From Candidatus Eiseniibacteriota bacterium (GTDB lineage: Bacteria > Eisenbacteria > RBG-16-71-46 > SZUA-252): 64,000 bases of DNA. Of the stretch, positions 1 through 11,328 are shown piece by piece. The stretch covers positions 2,144,001-2,208,000 of the forward strand of contig OY969801.1 of NCBI GenBank assembly GCA_963703225.1. The letters run 5' to 3'. Numbering within the stretch: the first letter of the stretch is position 1; the number at the start of each line of letters is the position of its first letter. A program made the translations under genes and the position numbers. The notes beneath the pieces were generated by a model that was not told the DNA's origin, made no database searches, and saw nothing but the letters and a program-made list of their open reading frames with translations.

Positions 1-1797
1 GGATTCGAGGGCCACGCGGGCCCACGCCGGGACGCCGGCCCACCGGTCGGCTTCATAGGCGCTCCGCCCAACCCAGCTTCGCTCCCCCGCGAGAACCAAC
101 CGCCACGCCTCGCCCGGGCCGATCGTCTCGCCCCGCGCCGTCAGGTAGTTTCGGATTCGGCCCCACCGCCACGGCGCCACGAAGAACGAGAGGACGAAAT
201 CGCTCGCCCGCTTCCGGGCCTTGAGCGAAAGCCCCCGGCTCGGTGCGTGGAGGAGGACCGCGCTCACGGGGCCGAGGCGCGTCTCCAGGGCCGAGGAGGC
301 CAGGTGCGCCACCGAGCCCGCCCAGTAGACGGCGACGCCGGAATCGCGGAGCGCGGCGGCCATCGCCAGGAGGAAGGGAATCTCGTGGGGCTCGGGCACG
401 ACGCAGACGATCTGCACCCGCTCGCTCTCCAAGATCGAGCGGATGCGGCGTGCCGCCGCCTCGGGCGACTCCTCCGCGCTTTCCGAGACCACCGCGTGGA
501 GCGGCTCGAAGCCCTCTCGCCGGGCCGCCTCGAGCGAGGCCCGCACGCGCTCGACCTCAGGCCCCGACCCCAGCAGCAAGACCCGTCGAAACGCGAATCC
601 CTGCGCGCGCGCGCCGGCGCCGACGCGCGCCAACAATCCCCGCGACACGTAGAGGAACACGAAGAGCAGCGGTCCGACGAGGAGGACCAGCAGGCGCGAG
701 TAGCGCGGCATCTGGAACAGGAACGTGGCCGCCATGAGGAGCAGCTCCGCCTGGACCACCGCCTTGCCCACCAGAAATCCGCGCTCGATCCCATCCGAGA
801 AGGCGGTCCGCCGGTAGAGGCCGTTCATCATGAGCGCCGCGATCGACACCGCCACGGCAAAGAAGAAGAGGCCCGAGTAGCTGCCCAGAGGCGAGAGCGG
901 GTGCTCGAAGAGCGAGTTCAGCGCGACCCGAATCCCGTAGGCGCTGACGCAGGCGGCCGCCGCGCTGATCAGATCGGAGCCCAGCGTGACGACCTGGATC
1001 ATCCTCCGTCGATGCTGGCTCACCGCGTACATGACCGCGCTCCATTTCTCGGTGAATCGCAGCAGCCCCGCCGCGTGCGCGCGGATGGACCGGGGGCGCC
1101 CCTTCGCGCTCGAGCGGGCGTAGTCGTGGACCATCCGCGACTCCGCGCAGTACACCACTTCGTATCCGTGGCGCCACATCCTCTGGCACCAATCGACATC
1201 TTCAAAGTAGAGGAAGTAGCGCTCATCCATCAGGCCCACGTCGCGCATGGCGCGCCGGCGCACGTACATCGCGGCGCCCAGCACCCAGTCGACGGGGCGC
1301 GTCTCCTCGTGGTCCCAGTCGGCCATCAGATGCTCGCGCACCGCGCGGCTCCGCTCCCCCAGGGCCCCGATGGGCGCCCGCCGGAGCATGAGCGTCTTCC
1401 AATTGTAGAATCGTCGCGCGGAAAGCTGAAGGCTTCCGTCGGGGTGGAAGAGCTTGGGGGCGACGATGCCCGCGCGGGGGTGCGCCCCGGCGGCGCGCTC
1501 CAGCGCTTCGATCGAGCCGGGCGGAACCTGCACGTCGGGGTTCAAGATCAAGACGTCCTCTTCGCTCGAGGCGCGGATTCCCTCGTTCACCCCGCGCGCG
1601 TAGCCGAGGTTCTTGCCCGGCGAGAGCACGCGCGCCGGCCACCCCGCGCTCCGCACCAGGTCGTCGAGGGGCTCCCCCGAGTTATTGACGACGATGATTT
1701 CCCGCACCGGCGAGGGGCGCGCCGCCTGGAGCGAGTGAAAGAGGCGCGCGAGCGCCTCTCGGGATTCGTAGTGGACGATGATCAGCGAGGCGCCCAT
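1..1797 (-). CDS. GT2 glycosyltransferase fused to a TM + WcaJ/sugar-transferase-like region (runs off the left edge)
   Basis: Manual translation from ATG 1797: MGASLIIVHYES...LILNPDV...VDWVLGAAM...MDERYFLYFEDVDWC (GT2), then several TM helices, RRVLLLGSG, KRASDF and SWVG (sugar-transferase-like). There is no stop within the window, so it is absent from the ORF track. Confidence 0.8.
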   Translation of the reverse strand, partial: MGASLIIVHYESREALARLFHSLQAARPSPVREIIVVNNSGEPLDDLVRSAGWPARVLSPGKNLGYARGVNEGIRASSEEDVLILNPDVQVPPGSIEALERAAGAHPRAGIVAPKLFHPDGSLQLSARRFYNWKTLMLRRAPIGALGERSRAVREHLMADWDHEETRPVDWVLGAAMYVRRRAMRDVGLMDERYFLYFEDVDWCQRMWRHGYEVVYCAESRMVHDYARSSAKGRPRSIRAHAAGLLRFTEKWSAVMYAVSQHRRRMIQVVTLGSDLISAAAACVSAYGIRVALNSLFEHPLSPLGSYSGLFFFAVAVSIAALMMNGLYRRTAFSDGIERGFLVGKAVVQAELLLMAATFLFQMPRYSRLLVLLVGPLLFVFLYVSRGLLARVGAGARAQGFAFRRVLLLGSGPEVERVRASLEAARREGFEPLHAVVSESAEESPEAAARRIRSILESERVQIVCVVPEPHEIPFLLAMAAALRDSGVAVYWAGSVAHLASSALETRLGPVSAVLLHAPSRGLSLKARKRASDFVLSFFVAPWRWGRIRNYLTARGETIGPGEAWRLVLAGERSWVGRSAYEADRWAGVPAWARVALES

Positions 1798-1808
1798 GGG
1801 GCGGCTCC

Positions 1809-2522
1809 CTACAGCGCGCCGAGGAGATCGAGGAGGCGCAGACGCCAGACCAGCCAGGCCGCCTCGCGAACAATTCCGCGGGTCATCTTCGAAGTGCCGG
1901 CGCGGCGGTCGACGAACAGGATCGGGATCTCCTTGATCCGGAAGCCCTTTCTCAAGGCTTTGAAGGTCATCTCGATCTGGAAGGCGTAGCCGTCCGACCG
2001 GACGCGGGTCAGGTCGATCGCTTCGAGCACTTGGCGCCGGAAGCACTTGAACCCGCCGGTCAGATCCTTGAACGGCATGCCCGTGATGACGCGGCTGTAG
2101 ACGTTCGCGCTGTACGAGAGGATCAACCGCGAGAGCGGCCAGTTCACGACCGTCACGCCGTGCAGGTATCGCGAGCCGAGGACGAGGTCGGCGGTCTCCA
2201 GCTCCCTCAGGAATTCGCCCAGGCTATCCGGATTGTGGGAAAAATCGGCGTCCATCTCGAACACCGCGTCGTAATCGCGCTCGAGCGCCCAACGAAATCC
2301 CGCCACGTAGGCCGAGCCCAACCCCATCTTCCCCGCGCGGTGCATCACGTGGATCCGGGGCTCGGCCGCGGCCATCTCGTCGGCGAGCGCGCCGGTTCCG
2401 TCGGGTGAGTTGTCGTCCACAATCAAGACGTGGGTCGGAAGCCCCTGCGCGAAAATCCGTCCCAAGAGCTCGATCAGATTCTCGCGCTCGTTGTAGGTGG
2501 GAATGATGACCAGCGCCTTCAA
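1809..2522 (-). CDS. Polyprenol monophosphomannose synthase (Dpm1/Ppm1-like GT2)
   Basis: LKALVIIPTYNEREN, VDDNSPDGTG, EMDADFSHNP, DLTGGFKCFRR, GYAFQIEM. The TTG start overlaps the upstream stop (TTGA). Confidence 0.9.
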   Translation of the reverse strand: MKALVIIPTYNERENLIELLGRIFAQGLPTHVLIVDDNSPDGTGALADEMAAAEPRIHVMHRAGKMGLGSAYVAGFRWALERDYDAVFEMDADFSHNPDSLGEFLRELETADLVLGSRYLHGVTVVNWPLSRLILSYSANVYSRVITGMPFKDLTGGFKCFRRQVLEAIDLTRVRSDGYAFQIEMTFKALRKGFRIKEIPILFVDRRAGTSKMTRGIVREAAWLVWRLRLLDLLGAL

Positions 2523-4984
2523 GCCACCCCTCCGGGAGCCGGGGCGCCGCCGGGCGGGGCCAGGTCGGAGTCCCCCCGCGACCGCCGGCCGGAAATCCGC
2601 TGCCAGACGCCAAACCCCGCCATGAGAAGCGCCAGCGCGGCCGATGCCGTCGAGATCCGGATCCCCGCCCGGAGGGATCGCGGCGCGTAGGCGTAATGGA
2701 CGCGGTGCACGCCGGGCGGCAGGGCGACCCCGCGCATCAGGTAGTTCACGCGGTGGATCTTTGCCGGCGCGCCATCCACCGTCGCGACCCAGTCGGGATC
2801 GAATTGCTCGACGGTGACGAGCAGCCCGGGCGCCGAGGTGGAGACGAGATACTCGATCTCGTTGAAATCGTACCGGATCGTGCGGACCGAATCGGGCAGC
2901 TCCGCCTGGGCCACCGGCGGGGGCGGGCCCGGCTCGCTCCAAATAGCCTCCCGATGGGGGTCGAAGCCGTGGGTCCTGATCACGGCGAGCGCGACGGCGT
3001 CGTCTTGAACCGGCCGAACGGCGTGAACGACGAAGGCGCGCGGCAAAATTCCCTCCACCTCGTAGACCTTTACGTTCCCGTCGTGTCGGAGGATGACGCC
3101 CGGCGTCCCCGGGGGGAATTGGCCGCCGGCCAGAACGTACTTCACGTTGAACAGCTGCAGCGTTTCGAACGATTGAATGCCGACGGTGTCCATGAAGGCC
3201 TGGTAGAGGCGCGGCTTGGCGGGATGGTAGCCGAGAACCGACGCGATCCCGAACGCGGCCAGACGGCTGTCGTCCCAGCGCTCTGGAAAGACCCGGAATT
3301 GTGTCGAATCGGAGCGCAGGAAGGTGATCTCCGGGGTCTCTCGGAAGTTGTCGTGGTATTCCTTCGGCGTCGCGACCAAGGGATCGATGATCTTCCGGTC
3401 GATCGGCCAGAGATCGACAGCCGTGACGCCCAAGACGAGGAGCGCCGCCACCGATCTCGCGATTCGATCCCGACGCGCCAGGCCGATGATCCAGAGGGCC
3501 GCGGCCAGGAGGATTCCCGACTTGATCGCGTCGATCGAGGCCAGGTCGAGCGCCGCGCGCGCCCTGGACGCGTCGAAGTTGGGCCGGGACCGGACCGCGT
3601 AGTCTCGAATGGGCTCGCCGAAGATGTTGATCAAGAAGAGCACCGCGAAGCCGGCGACGAGGGCGACCACGCCCGCGCGAAGCCACCCCGATCCGTCGTC
3701 TCGGGCCCTGCTCGATGAGGCCCCGGGGCGCGAGAGGGCGGTGGTGAGGCCGATCGCCGCGAGGGCGGCGGTGGCAAACTGGACGAGGAAGAGGATCATC
3801 ACCGGGACACGGAACTTGTTGAAGAATGGGAGGTGGTCGTACAGAAGCGCGTAGAGGGGTTGCAGATGCTTCCCGAAGGAAATGAGGAGCGCCACCACGG
3901 CGAGCGCGACCAGATAGGCGCGCAGAGTTCCGCGTGCGCGGACCGCCCCGTAGACGGCCAGCGCGAGCGGCACGATCCCCATGTAGTTCGGGTAGTCGGT
4001 GAAGGGCATGCTGCCCCAGTATGTGTTCCCCCCGAATCCGAAGAAGCTTGGAATGACAAACGTCAAGATCTCACGCGGGTGGAACGACCACGAAGTCGCG
4101 TAGGCCATGCCGGCGCCGCCTCCCTCGCCTCCCCCGCGCGTGGAGAGGAGCGCGTACTCGTGCACCGGTAGGTAGAGGAACGCGCTCATCCCAAATCCCA
4201 AGCCGAGCCCGGCGGCAAGGCCTCCCACGGCGCGCACCCCCTCGTCGCGGCGGCTTCCCCGGAACGCGGAGATCGCGAGAAAGAGCGCATAGCCCGTGAG
4301 CGCGATCCAGGAGTAGAAGACGATTTGCACGTGGCCCCGGAGCAGCTGGAAGGCGGCCGCGAACGCGAAACCGGCCAGCGCGAGCCATGATCCTCGCCGA
4401 ACAAAGCGGTCGAAGAGCAGCAAGAGCAGGGGCAGGTAGGCCGCGGTCATGATCTGGCTCCCATGACCAAACGCGCCGACCGCGACCAGGTTTGGAGTCA
4501 ACGCCAGGGCGAACGCGCCGAGCAGCGCGGCCCCGGGCGCCGCGCCGAGAGATCGGAGCAGCGCCAGCATGGAAAGTCCGAGGAGGAGATAGTGCGCGAG
4601 CAGCCAGGTCAGATCGGGAAATCCGAGTCCCTTGTTGAGGAAGCCGAAGAGCGGATCGGGCGGATAGGCGTAGGGAACGAAGGCAAGGCTTCCAAAGCTC
4701 GGCATCCCCAGAAAGTGGTACGGATTCCAGAGCGGGTAGACATGGCGCTGGACCAGAGCGTCGTACGCGACCTTGCTGAATCCGGCGGGCGCGACCGAGT
4801 CGGGAGAGATGAACACCTTCCCGAACGTGATCGGATAGAAGAAGAGAAGGATCAGGAACGCGAGCCCGGCGTAGGCCCACGGCCCCTGGAGGATGGCGGC
4901 GACGCGGTCGTCCGCCGGGGCGAGGCGGTCCCTGGCGGCTGTGCCTGGGGCGGTCTTCTTGCCGGCGCGGCGCGTCGGCTTCAC
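2519..4984 (-). CDS. YfhO-family multi-TM GT-C-like membrane protein
   Basis: 821 aa with many TM helices; PLWNPY..GMP, GH.Q, YMG..PL, FR.P, and a C-terminal periplasmic domain W.ATVDG...VNY.MRGV.LPPG.H.V. Confidence 0.85.
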   Translation of the reverse strand: MKPTRRAGKKTAPGTAARDRLAPADDRVAAILQGPWAYAGLAFLILLFFYPITFGKVFISPDSVAPAGFSKVAYDALVQRHVYPLWNPYHFLGMPSFGSLAFVPYAYPPDPLFGFLNKGLGFPDLTWLLAHYLLLGLSMLALLRSLGAAPGAALLGAFALALTPNLVAVGAFGHGSQIMTAAYLPLLLLLFDRFVRRGSWLALAGFAFAAAFQLLRGHVQIVFYSWIALTGYALFLAISAFRGSRRDEGVRAVGGLAAGLGLGFGMSAFLYLPVHEYALLSTRGGGEGGGAGMAYATSWSFHPREILTFVIPSFFGFGGNTYWGSMPFTDYPNYMGIVPLALAVYGAVRARGTLRAYLVALAVVALLISFGKHLQPLYALLYDHLPFFNKFRVPVMILFLVQFATAALAAIGLTTALSRPGASSSRARDDGSGWLRAGVVALVAGFAVLFLINIFGEPIRDYAVRSRPNFDASRARAALDLASIDAIKSGILLAAALWIIGLARRDRIARSVAALLVLGVTAVDLWPIDRKIIDPLVATPKEYHDNFRETPEITFLRSDSTQFRVFPERWDDSRLAAFGIASVLGYHPAKPRLYQAFMDTVGIQSFETLQLFNVKYVLAGGQFPPGTPGVILRHDGNVKVYEVEGILPRAFVVHAVRPVQDDAVALAVIRTHGFDPHREAIWSEPGPPPPVAQAELPDSVRTIRYDFNEIEYLVSTSAPGLLVTVEQFDPDWVATVDGAPAKIHRVNYLMRGVALPPGVHRVHYAYAPRSLRAGIRISTASAALALLMAGFGVWQRISGRRSRGDSDLAPPGGAPAPGGVA

Positions 4985-6133
4985 GCGGTATCCCCGGTAC
5001 AGAGCGCGCCGAATTGCCGCGCGATCTCATCCCAGTCATGCCGCGCGGCGAAGGCGCGGAGCGGCGCGCGGTCGGGTGGCGACCGGAGGAGCCGGCTCAC
5101 CTCGGAGACGAATTGCTCCGGCGAATCGGCCACGCGCGCCGCTTCGCCCCAGCGTTCGACCTCGTCGCTGAATCGGGTCGTCACGCAGGGGACCCCGGCC
5201 GCCGCGTATTCGTAGAGCTTGACCGGGTTCACCGCCTCGGTGAGCGGGGTCCTCAAGAACGGGATGAGGCCGACGCGAAACGCGCCGACGATCGACGGGA
5301 TGTCCGCGTAGGGCCGGGGTCCGATCCAGTGGAGGTTGGGCGCGTCCGCCGAGGCGCGCGTGAGCTCCGCGGCGGTGGTCGGATGCGCCGGGCCCACCAG
5401 CACCACCGTCGCCTGCGGCAGCGATCGCGCGAGAGCGGCGACCAGGGAAACGTCGAACCACGCGTGGAGCGACCCGATGTAGCCGATCACCGGCGCGCCC
5501 GGCTTCCCCGGCAGCGTCGCGGGGTGGGACTCCGCGGAGCGGAATCGGGCCACGTCGACCCCGTTGCCGACCAGCGTCGCGCCACGCGCGCCGCCGTTCA
5601 TCGCGAGCGCGCGGAGCGGGCCCGAGGTGACCACCACACGATCGGCGCTGCGCAGCAGTCTCTCCCAGTGCGGCACCAGACGGGGCGGGACGGGCGCGAA
5701 GTGGAGCGGCGCGTCGATCATGTCGTAGACGATGCGTTCCGGCCGCCAGACGTCGAGTGTCGGGGTGCTCATGAAATTCTCGACCAGCGCCAGTCTCCTC
5801 TGCGCCGGGGCGGAAGAATCCGCGGAGGGTGCCCGCCCAGGCGCGTTGAAGCGAAACGAGCGCCGACATCGCGGCCCCCGAGCTTCCCAGCCGGTACGCC
5901 ATTCGACGCAGCCGTAGCGATCGCGCGTGGAGCGGAAGGAATGGAAATGAGACACGCGAAACGTGAGGGGTGACCGGGGTCGGCCGGAAGGCCGGCGCGT
6001 GCCCCAGGGTCCAGGGCTCCACGAACAGGATCCGCGAATCGCCCGGAAATCGGGTCGCGAGTTGTTGTGGCCGCTGCCAGAGGCTCGCCCAGGGGATGTC
6101 ACTCAGCCATACGACGTCCCACTGGGGACGCAC
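4981..6133 (-). CDS. GT4-like glycosyltransferase (TuaH-like), frameshift near 5800
   Basis: The N-terminus W..LWQRPQQLA..FVEP is in ORF 5036..6133; IVYDMID, GYIGSL..WFD and NPVKLYEYAAAG are in ORF 4981..6102. Confidence 0.8.
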
Positions 6134-6248
6134 GGGAGCCTCCGCGATCTCGCACCCATTCAGGGTACCGGGCGGCGCAAGGCGAAGTCAAGGCGTCGGA
6201 TGCGAGCGATCGTTGACCCACGGCGGCGCCTCCCGTAGCGTGCCGCCG

Positions 6249-7399
6249 GTGAGCGGCACGATCCGGATCGCGATCGACCTTCGTCCACTGTCGCTCGACT
6301 CCGTCAGCGGGGTCGGGCTCGTGCTTCAGCTGCTCCTCGAAGAGCTGGAGGGGCGCGGCGCCACGTTCGTCGGGGTCACCCATCGGCCCGTCCCCAGTGG
6401 GCGGATCCCTTCATCGATCCCGGTGACGGTCGAGCCGGGCAGGGGTGGGAGAATCCGGTGGGAAGCGGGCCCGCTTCCGTCGCTCCTAAGACAGCTAACC
6501 CCTCAGCCCGATCTCTATCACGCGGCGTGGAACCATGGCGTTCCCGGTGGGCTTCCCTTCCCCTCCGTCCTGACGATCTACGACATGATTCCCTGGCGGT
6601 TCCCTCGCGAGGTGCCTTGGCCCAAGCCTTGGTGGCTCCACCACGCGCTCTACCGTCGCGCCATCCGCGCCTCGGCCCGCGCCGCGACCTCCATCGTGAC
6701 CTCGAGCGAGGCAAGCCGCCGCGACATCGCGGCCCTCATTCCCGACGCGCCCGCGCGCGCCGAGGTGGTTCCGGTCCCCCTCCCGCGATGGTTTCGCGCG
6801 ACCGCAGACCCGGAGCGCCTGGCGCGGCGCGGCCCATCGGCGGCGCGCCCGACCTGGCTCTACCTGGGCGGCTTCGAGCCGCGCAAGGAAATCGAGACGC
6901 TCCTCCGCGCGATGAGCGAGGCATTCCCGGACCGCGCAGCCGCGCCGGAGCTCATCCTGGCCGGAGCCATCAACGACTACGCCCGCGCCTACGAGGCGAT
7001 GGCGCGAAAGCTCGGAGATTCCGCGCGAAATTTCCCGGGTACGTGGCCGACGCCGATCTGGCCAACCTCTTCGGAGAGGCCTCGCTCTTTCTCTACCCCT
7101 CGCGCCACGAGGGCTTCGGCATTCCACTCCTCTTCGCGATGGCAGCCGGCATCCCGTCGGTCGCGAGCGACGGCGGCTCGCTCCCGGAGGTGCTCGGCGA
7201 CGCCGGAATCATCTTCCCCGCCGGAGACGTCGCCTTCCTCGCGGCCATCTTGAAGCGAGCCGCGGCCGACCCGGAGTCGCTCGCCGTGTACGGAACCCGT
7301 GGCCGCGAGCGGATACGGCAATTCAGCCCGGAGGCGTTCGCGAAGCGAATGATTCGGGTTTACGAACAGGCGGCGGGAAGCCGAGCAGCGTCCGCGTGA
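6249..7399 (+). CDS. GT4 glycosyltransferase (MtfB/WbaZ-like), frameshift near 7020
   Basis: IAIDLRPL..SGVG, TIYDMIP and LYLGGFEPRK in one frame; FPGYV..ADL and YPSRHEGFGIPL..AMAAG in the next. Confidence 0.8.
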
Positions 7400-8272
7400 A
7401 ATCGGCGAAGCCGAGGAGAAGCGCCCCCGCGGAGGCGAAATCTCCGCGGACCGTGGCGCCGGCGAGGAGCCACGCGCGTCCAGATCGCGTAGGCGCACCA
7501 CGCCAAGCGGCCGCTGCCAGGGTTTCGAGTGGCGGGTGAGATAGAGGGCGCCGCTCCGGAGCCGAAAGTAGGCCTTGAGCGGCGTGAGCCCCCCGCCGCT
7601 CGTCACGGACACGTGGTGCCACCCGCGGGCCGAAGGCTCGTACCAGAGCAGGAAACCCGCTTTGCGGGCGCGCGCCGACCAATCGACGTCCTCGACGTAC
7701 ATGATGTAGTCGAGGTCGAACGGCCCGACCCGGTCGAGCGCCTGGCGGGAGAGCAACGCCGCCGCTCCCGACACGTAGTCGACCGCGCGCGGTCCGTCGC
7801 GAAAGGCGCCATCCTTCTTGTGCGCGCCGCGGTGCCGGATCAACCCGGACGCGCCGGAGACAATCCCCCCCGCGAACCAGATCCGATCGGGCGCGTCGTA
7901 GAAGAAGAGTTTGGGGCTCACGGCGCCGCGCGATCCGTCGGCCTCGAGCGCGGCGCGCAGGATGCCGAGCGCCCCGCGCTCGAGCACGAGATCGTTGTTC
8001 AAGAGAAGAGCCGACCCCGCCCCTCCTTCCATCGCGCGGCTCAATCCCGCGTTGACCCCGCCGGCGAAGTAACGGTTTCGATCGAGCGTCATCACCTCGA
8101 CCGAGGGAAACTCCGCGCGGACCTGCTCCGGCGTGCCGTCGGTCGACCCGTTGTCGATCAGGAGCACGTGGTCGGCGGGCGGGTCGAGCGCCAGGAGCGA
8201 CGTGAGACATTCGCGCGTGTACCGGAGCTGGTTACAGGCGAGCACCACCGCCCAGACCGGGGAGGCGCTCAC
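7323..8272 (-). CDS. GT2 glycosyltransferase, frameshift(s) near 7475-7495
   Basis: LIDNGSTDGT, FAGGVNAG, LLLNNDL, SGAAALL, YVEDVDWS. GTG start in a GTGA overlap; the C-terminal helix continues in ORF 7323..8210. Confidence 0.8.
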
Positions 8273-9402
8273 CGGCACTCCTTCATGAGCGAGCAAAGCG
8301 CGTCGACCAGCGCCTCCCAGGTGAATCGGCCGCGCGCCCGCGCGACGTTTTCGCGGAGTCCCGGGCCGAGCCCTTCGCCGAAGTAGCGCTCGATCGCCCG
8401 CGCCAGCGCGGGCGGGTCGGATGGCTCGACCAGGAGGCCGGAGACGCCATCTTCCACGACGTCCTCCAGCCCGCCGGCTCTCGTCGCGATCACCGGCACG
8501 CCCGCCCCGAAGGCCACCTGCGCGATTCCAGAGCCGGTCGCCGTCCGATACGGAAGCGCGACGACGTCGGCCGCGGCAAAGTAGGTCGCGACCTCCTCGT
8601 TGGCCACGTACCGGTCGACGACCGTCGTCTTCTTCGCGAGCGCCGGGTGGGAGAGCGCCGCCTGGTAGAGAGCGCGCGGCTCGTAGAATTCGCCCACCAC
8701 GTAGAGGTGATCCCACGAATTGGGCCGAGCGATTCGAAGCGCCTCCAATAGGTCGGCGAGCCCCTTGTACGCCCGGACGTATCCAAAGAAGAGGATGATC
8801 CGCCCCTCGGCGCCGATCGCGGCGCGCGCCGTCTCCCGGGAGGGCGGCCGCTCGCTGAAGATCTCGTACGTCGGGTGGGGGTGGACCCGGATCGGACGGT
8901 CGCCGACGCGGGAGCGAAGCCGCTCGGCTTCGGCCCTGGCGTGGACCAGGAAGCCATCCGCCGCGCCCAGCCCGTACGCCGCGAGCCACCGGTCGATCGG
9001 CGTCGCCTCGTGAGGCTCGACGTTATGACAGAGGAAGATCCGCTTCGGGGCGCCACCGCGACGAGCGGCCCGCGCCGCCGTCCCGAGCGAAGGGCCGAAG
9101 AAGGGGTGCCACCACGGCACCACCAGGAGATCCGGGCCGAGCTCGCGCAGGCGGAGCCCCGTCCGCCGCCAGCTCAGAGGCTGGATGCTGTCGAGCAGCC
9201 GCTCCGGCTCGACGGGCGGACGGATCGAATTCTCGCTCCGGTCAAACTGGGTCGCGCCTGGGAACAAGAAGCCGGGGTAGAGCCGCGAGAACGAGACGAT
9301 GTGGGTTTCGTGATCCCGCGCGAACGCCCGCGCGAGGAGCGTGGTGTAGTGGGAGATCCCGCCCCGGTACGGGTAGGTGGGCCCGAGGAGCGCGACCTTC
9401 AT
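8269..9402 (-). CDS. GT4 glycosyltransferase
   Basis: GP.YPYRGGISHY, LFFGYVRAYKG, LPYRTATGSG. Confidence 0.9.
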   Translation of the reverse strand: MKVALLGPTYPYRGGISHYTTLLARAFARDHETHIVSFSRLYPGFLFPGATQFDRSENSIRPPVEPERLLDSIQPLSWRRTGLRLRELGPDLLVVPWWHPFFGPSLGTAARAARRGGAPKRIFLCHNVEPHEATPIDRWLAAYGLGAADGFLVHARAEAERLRSRVGDRPIRVHPHPTYEIFSERPPSRETARAAIGAEGRIILFFGYVRAYKGLADLLEALRIARPNSWDHLYVVGEFYEPRALYQAALSHPALAKKTTVVDRYVANEEVATYFAAADVVALPYRTATGSGIAQVAFGAGVPVIATRAGGLEDVVEDGVSGLLVEPSDPPALARAIERYFGEGLGPGLRENVARARGRFTWEALVDALCSLMKECR

Positions 9403-9429
9403 CGCACGCGGAAGCCCGCGACGGCTCCC

Positions 9430-10372
9430 CTAGACGCGATCCCGGATCGCGTCGTGCGGCTCCTCCGTCCGGCTTCCCGCGATCATCTCCCCCAGGAAGC
9501 CGAGCGAGAGGAATTGAATACCCAGGATCACGAGGACGAGCCCAAAGAGCAGGCCGGGGCGAAGCCTTAGGCCGTGGCCCAAGAACCACGGCCAGGTGTA
9601 GAGGATCGTGAGCGCCGCCCCCGCCAGGGCGAAGAGGATCCCGAGGCGCCCGAACAGATGCACCGGGCGGTTCCCGCTGGTCGTGAGGAACATGACCGCG
9701 GTGAGGTCGAGGAACCCGTTCAGGAAACGGGAGACCCCGAACTTGGTCTTTCCGTGGAGCCGGGGATGATGAACGGTGCGGATCTCCGCGACGCGAAACC
9801 CGTTCCAGTGAGCCAGCACCGGGATGAAACGATGCAGCTCCCCGCGGAGTTGGACCGTGCGCGTCACCTCGCTCCGGTACGCCTTGAGCCCGCAGTTCAT
9901 GTCGTGGAGCGAGACCCCGCTCACCGCCGCGGTGACCGCGTTGAACAGCTTGGAAGGAATCGTCTTGCTGATCGGATCTTTGCGCGCCTGCTTCCAACCG
10001 GAAACGAGGTCGTACCCCTCGTCGAGCTTCGCGAGGAGCCGGCCGATCTCGGCCGAGTCGTCCTGGAGGTCGCCGTCCATCGTGACCACGCGGCCGCCCC
10101 TCGCCGCGCGAAACCCGATCGAGAGCGCGGCCGATTTCCCGAAGTTGCGCCGCAGCTGGATTCCGCGAAGCCCGCGCACCGAGCCGGAGAGCGCGCGGAC
10201 TTGATCAAACGTGCCGTCGGTCGAGCCGTCGTCGACGACGAGGATCTCGTAGCTCTTTCCGAGGGGGGCGAGGTCGACGACCAATTTTTCGACCAGCGGC
10301 CGGATGTTCTCGGCCTCGTTCAGGACCGGGAACGAGTACGGTCAGGTCGACTCCGGGAGCCTCCGAATTCAC
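9430..10372 (-). CDS. GT2 polyprenyl-phosphate glycosyltransferase (ArnC/GtrB-like) with C-terminal TM helices, frameshift near 10328
   Basis: GTG 10372 with a GGAGG RBS gives DLTVLVP|VLNEAENI; then VDDGSTDGT, RNFGKSAAL, MDGDLQDD, HDMNCGLKAYR, GELHRFIP. Confidence 0.85.
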
Positions 10373-10388
10373 GACGTTCCCTCCCCCG

Positions 10389-11328
10389 CTACCGGTTTCG
10401 CTGCCACGCCCACTGCCGCTCCAACCCGTCCGTGAGATCCGTCCTCGGGTCGTATCCCAGATCCCGACGCGCGCGCGCGCAGTCCGCGGAGGTGTCGCGC
10501 GGATCCCCGGGTGATGGCGCCACGTGGTGCCTCTTCAGCGGCCTTCCCGTGACCCGCTCGATCCGCCCCAGCACATCGTTCAGGGAGACGCGGTGTCCGC
10601 CGCCGACATTGTACGTCAGCTCACGGGTCGGGCGGGTCATGGCCGCGATCGTGGCCGAAACCGCGTCGTCCACATAGGTGAAATCCCGCGTCTGCTCGCC
10701 GTCTCCGTAGATCTGTGACCGCGGTCTCGTGCCGGGCGGCCTCGAAGAAGGCGTAAAACCCCATGTCGGGGCGCTGGCGCGGTCCGTAGACCGTGAAGTA
10801 ACGGAGCGACACCACCGGGAGATCAAAGGTCCGGTTGTAAGCGTGAAGCAATGCTTCCGTGGACAGCTTGGTCACGCCGTAAGGCGAGAGCGGCCGCGGC
10901 GGCTCGTCTTCCGGTGTCGGAAACCGGGTCGGCATCCCGTAGATCGATGAGCTGGACGCCACGACCATCCGCGTCACGGAGCTCCCGCGCATCGCTTCCA
11001 GGAGGCGCTGCGTCGCGACGACGTTGTGTTCCGCGTAGGCCCGAAACGAGTCACCCCAGCTCGATCGCACTCCGGGCAGAGCCGCGAGGTGGATGACGTG
11101 GGAGACACCGTCGAGCAAGCGTGCGATCGGGGCGCTCCTCAGGTCCTCCTCCTCCAGGCGAAATCGACCGTGGCCGAGCGCGCCGACGAGGTTCTCCCGC
11201 TTTCGCCGCGAGGAATAGTTGTCGAGGAACGCGTCGACGCCCACGACCTCCCAGCCCGATGCGAGGAGCGCCTCCGCGAGGGTCGAGCCGAGGAATCCCG
11301 CGACCCCCGTGACCAGCGCGCGGCTCAC
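10389..11328 (-). CDS. NAD-dependent nucleotide-sugar epimerase/dehydratase, frameshift near 10720
   Basis: LVTGVAGFLG, ASSSSIYG, YGVTK (YxxxK), RYFTVYGPRQRPDM, then IYGDGEQTRDFTYV in the second frame. Confidence 0.9.
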
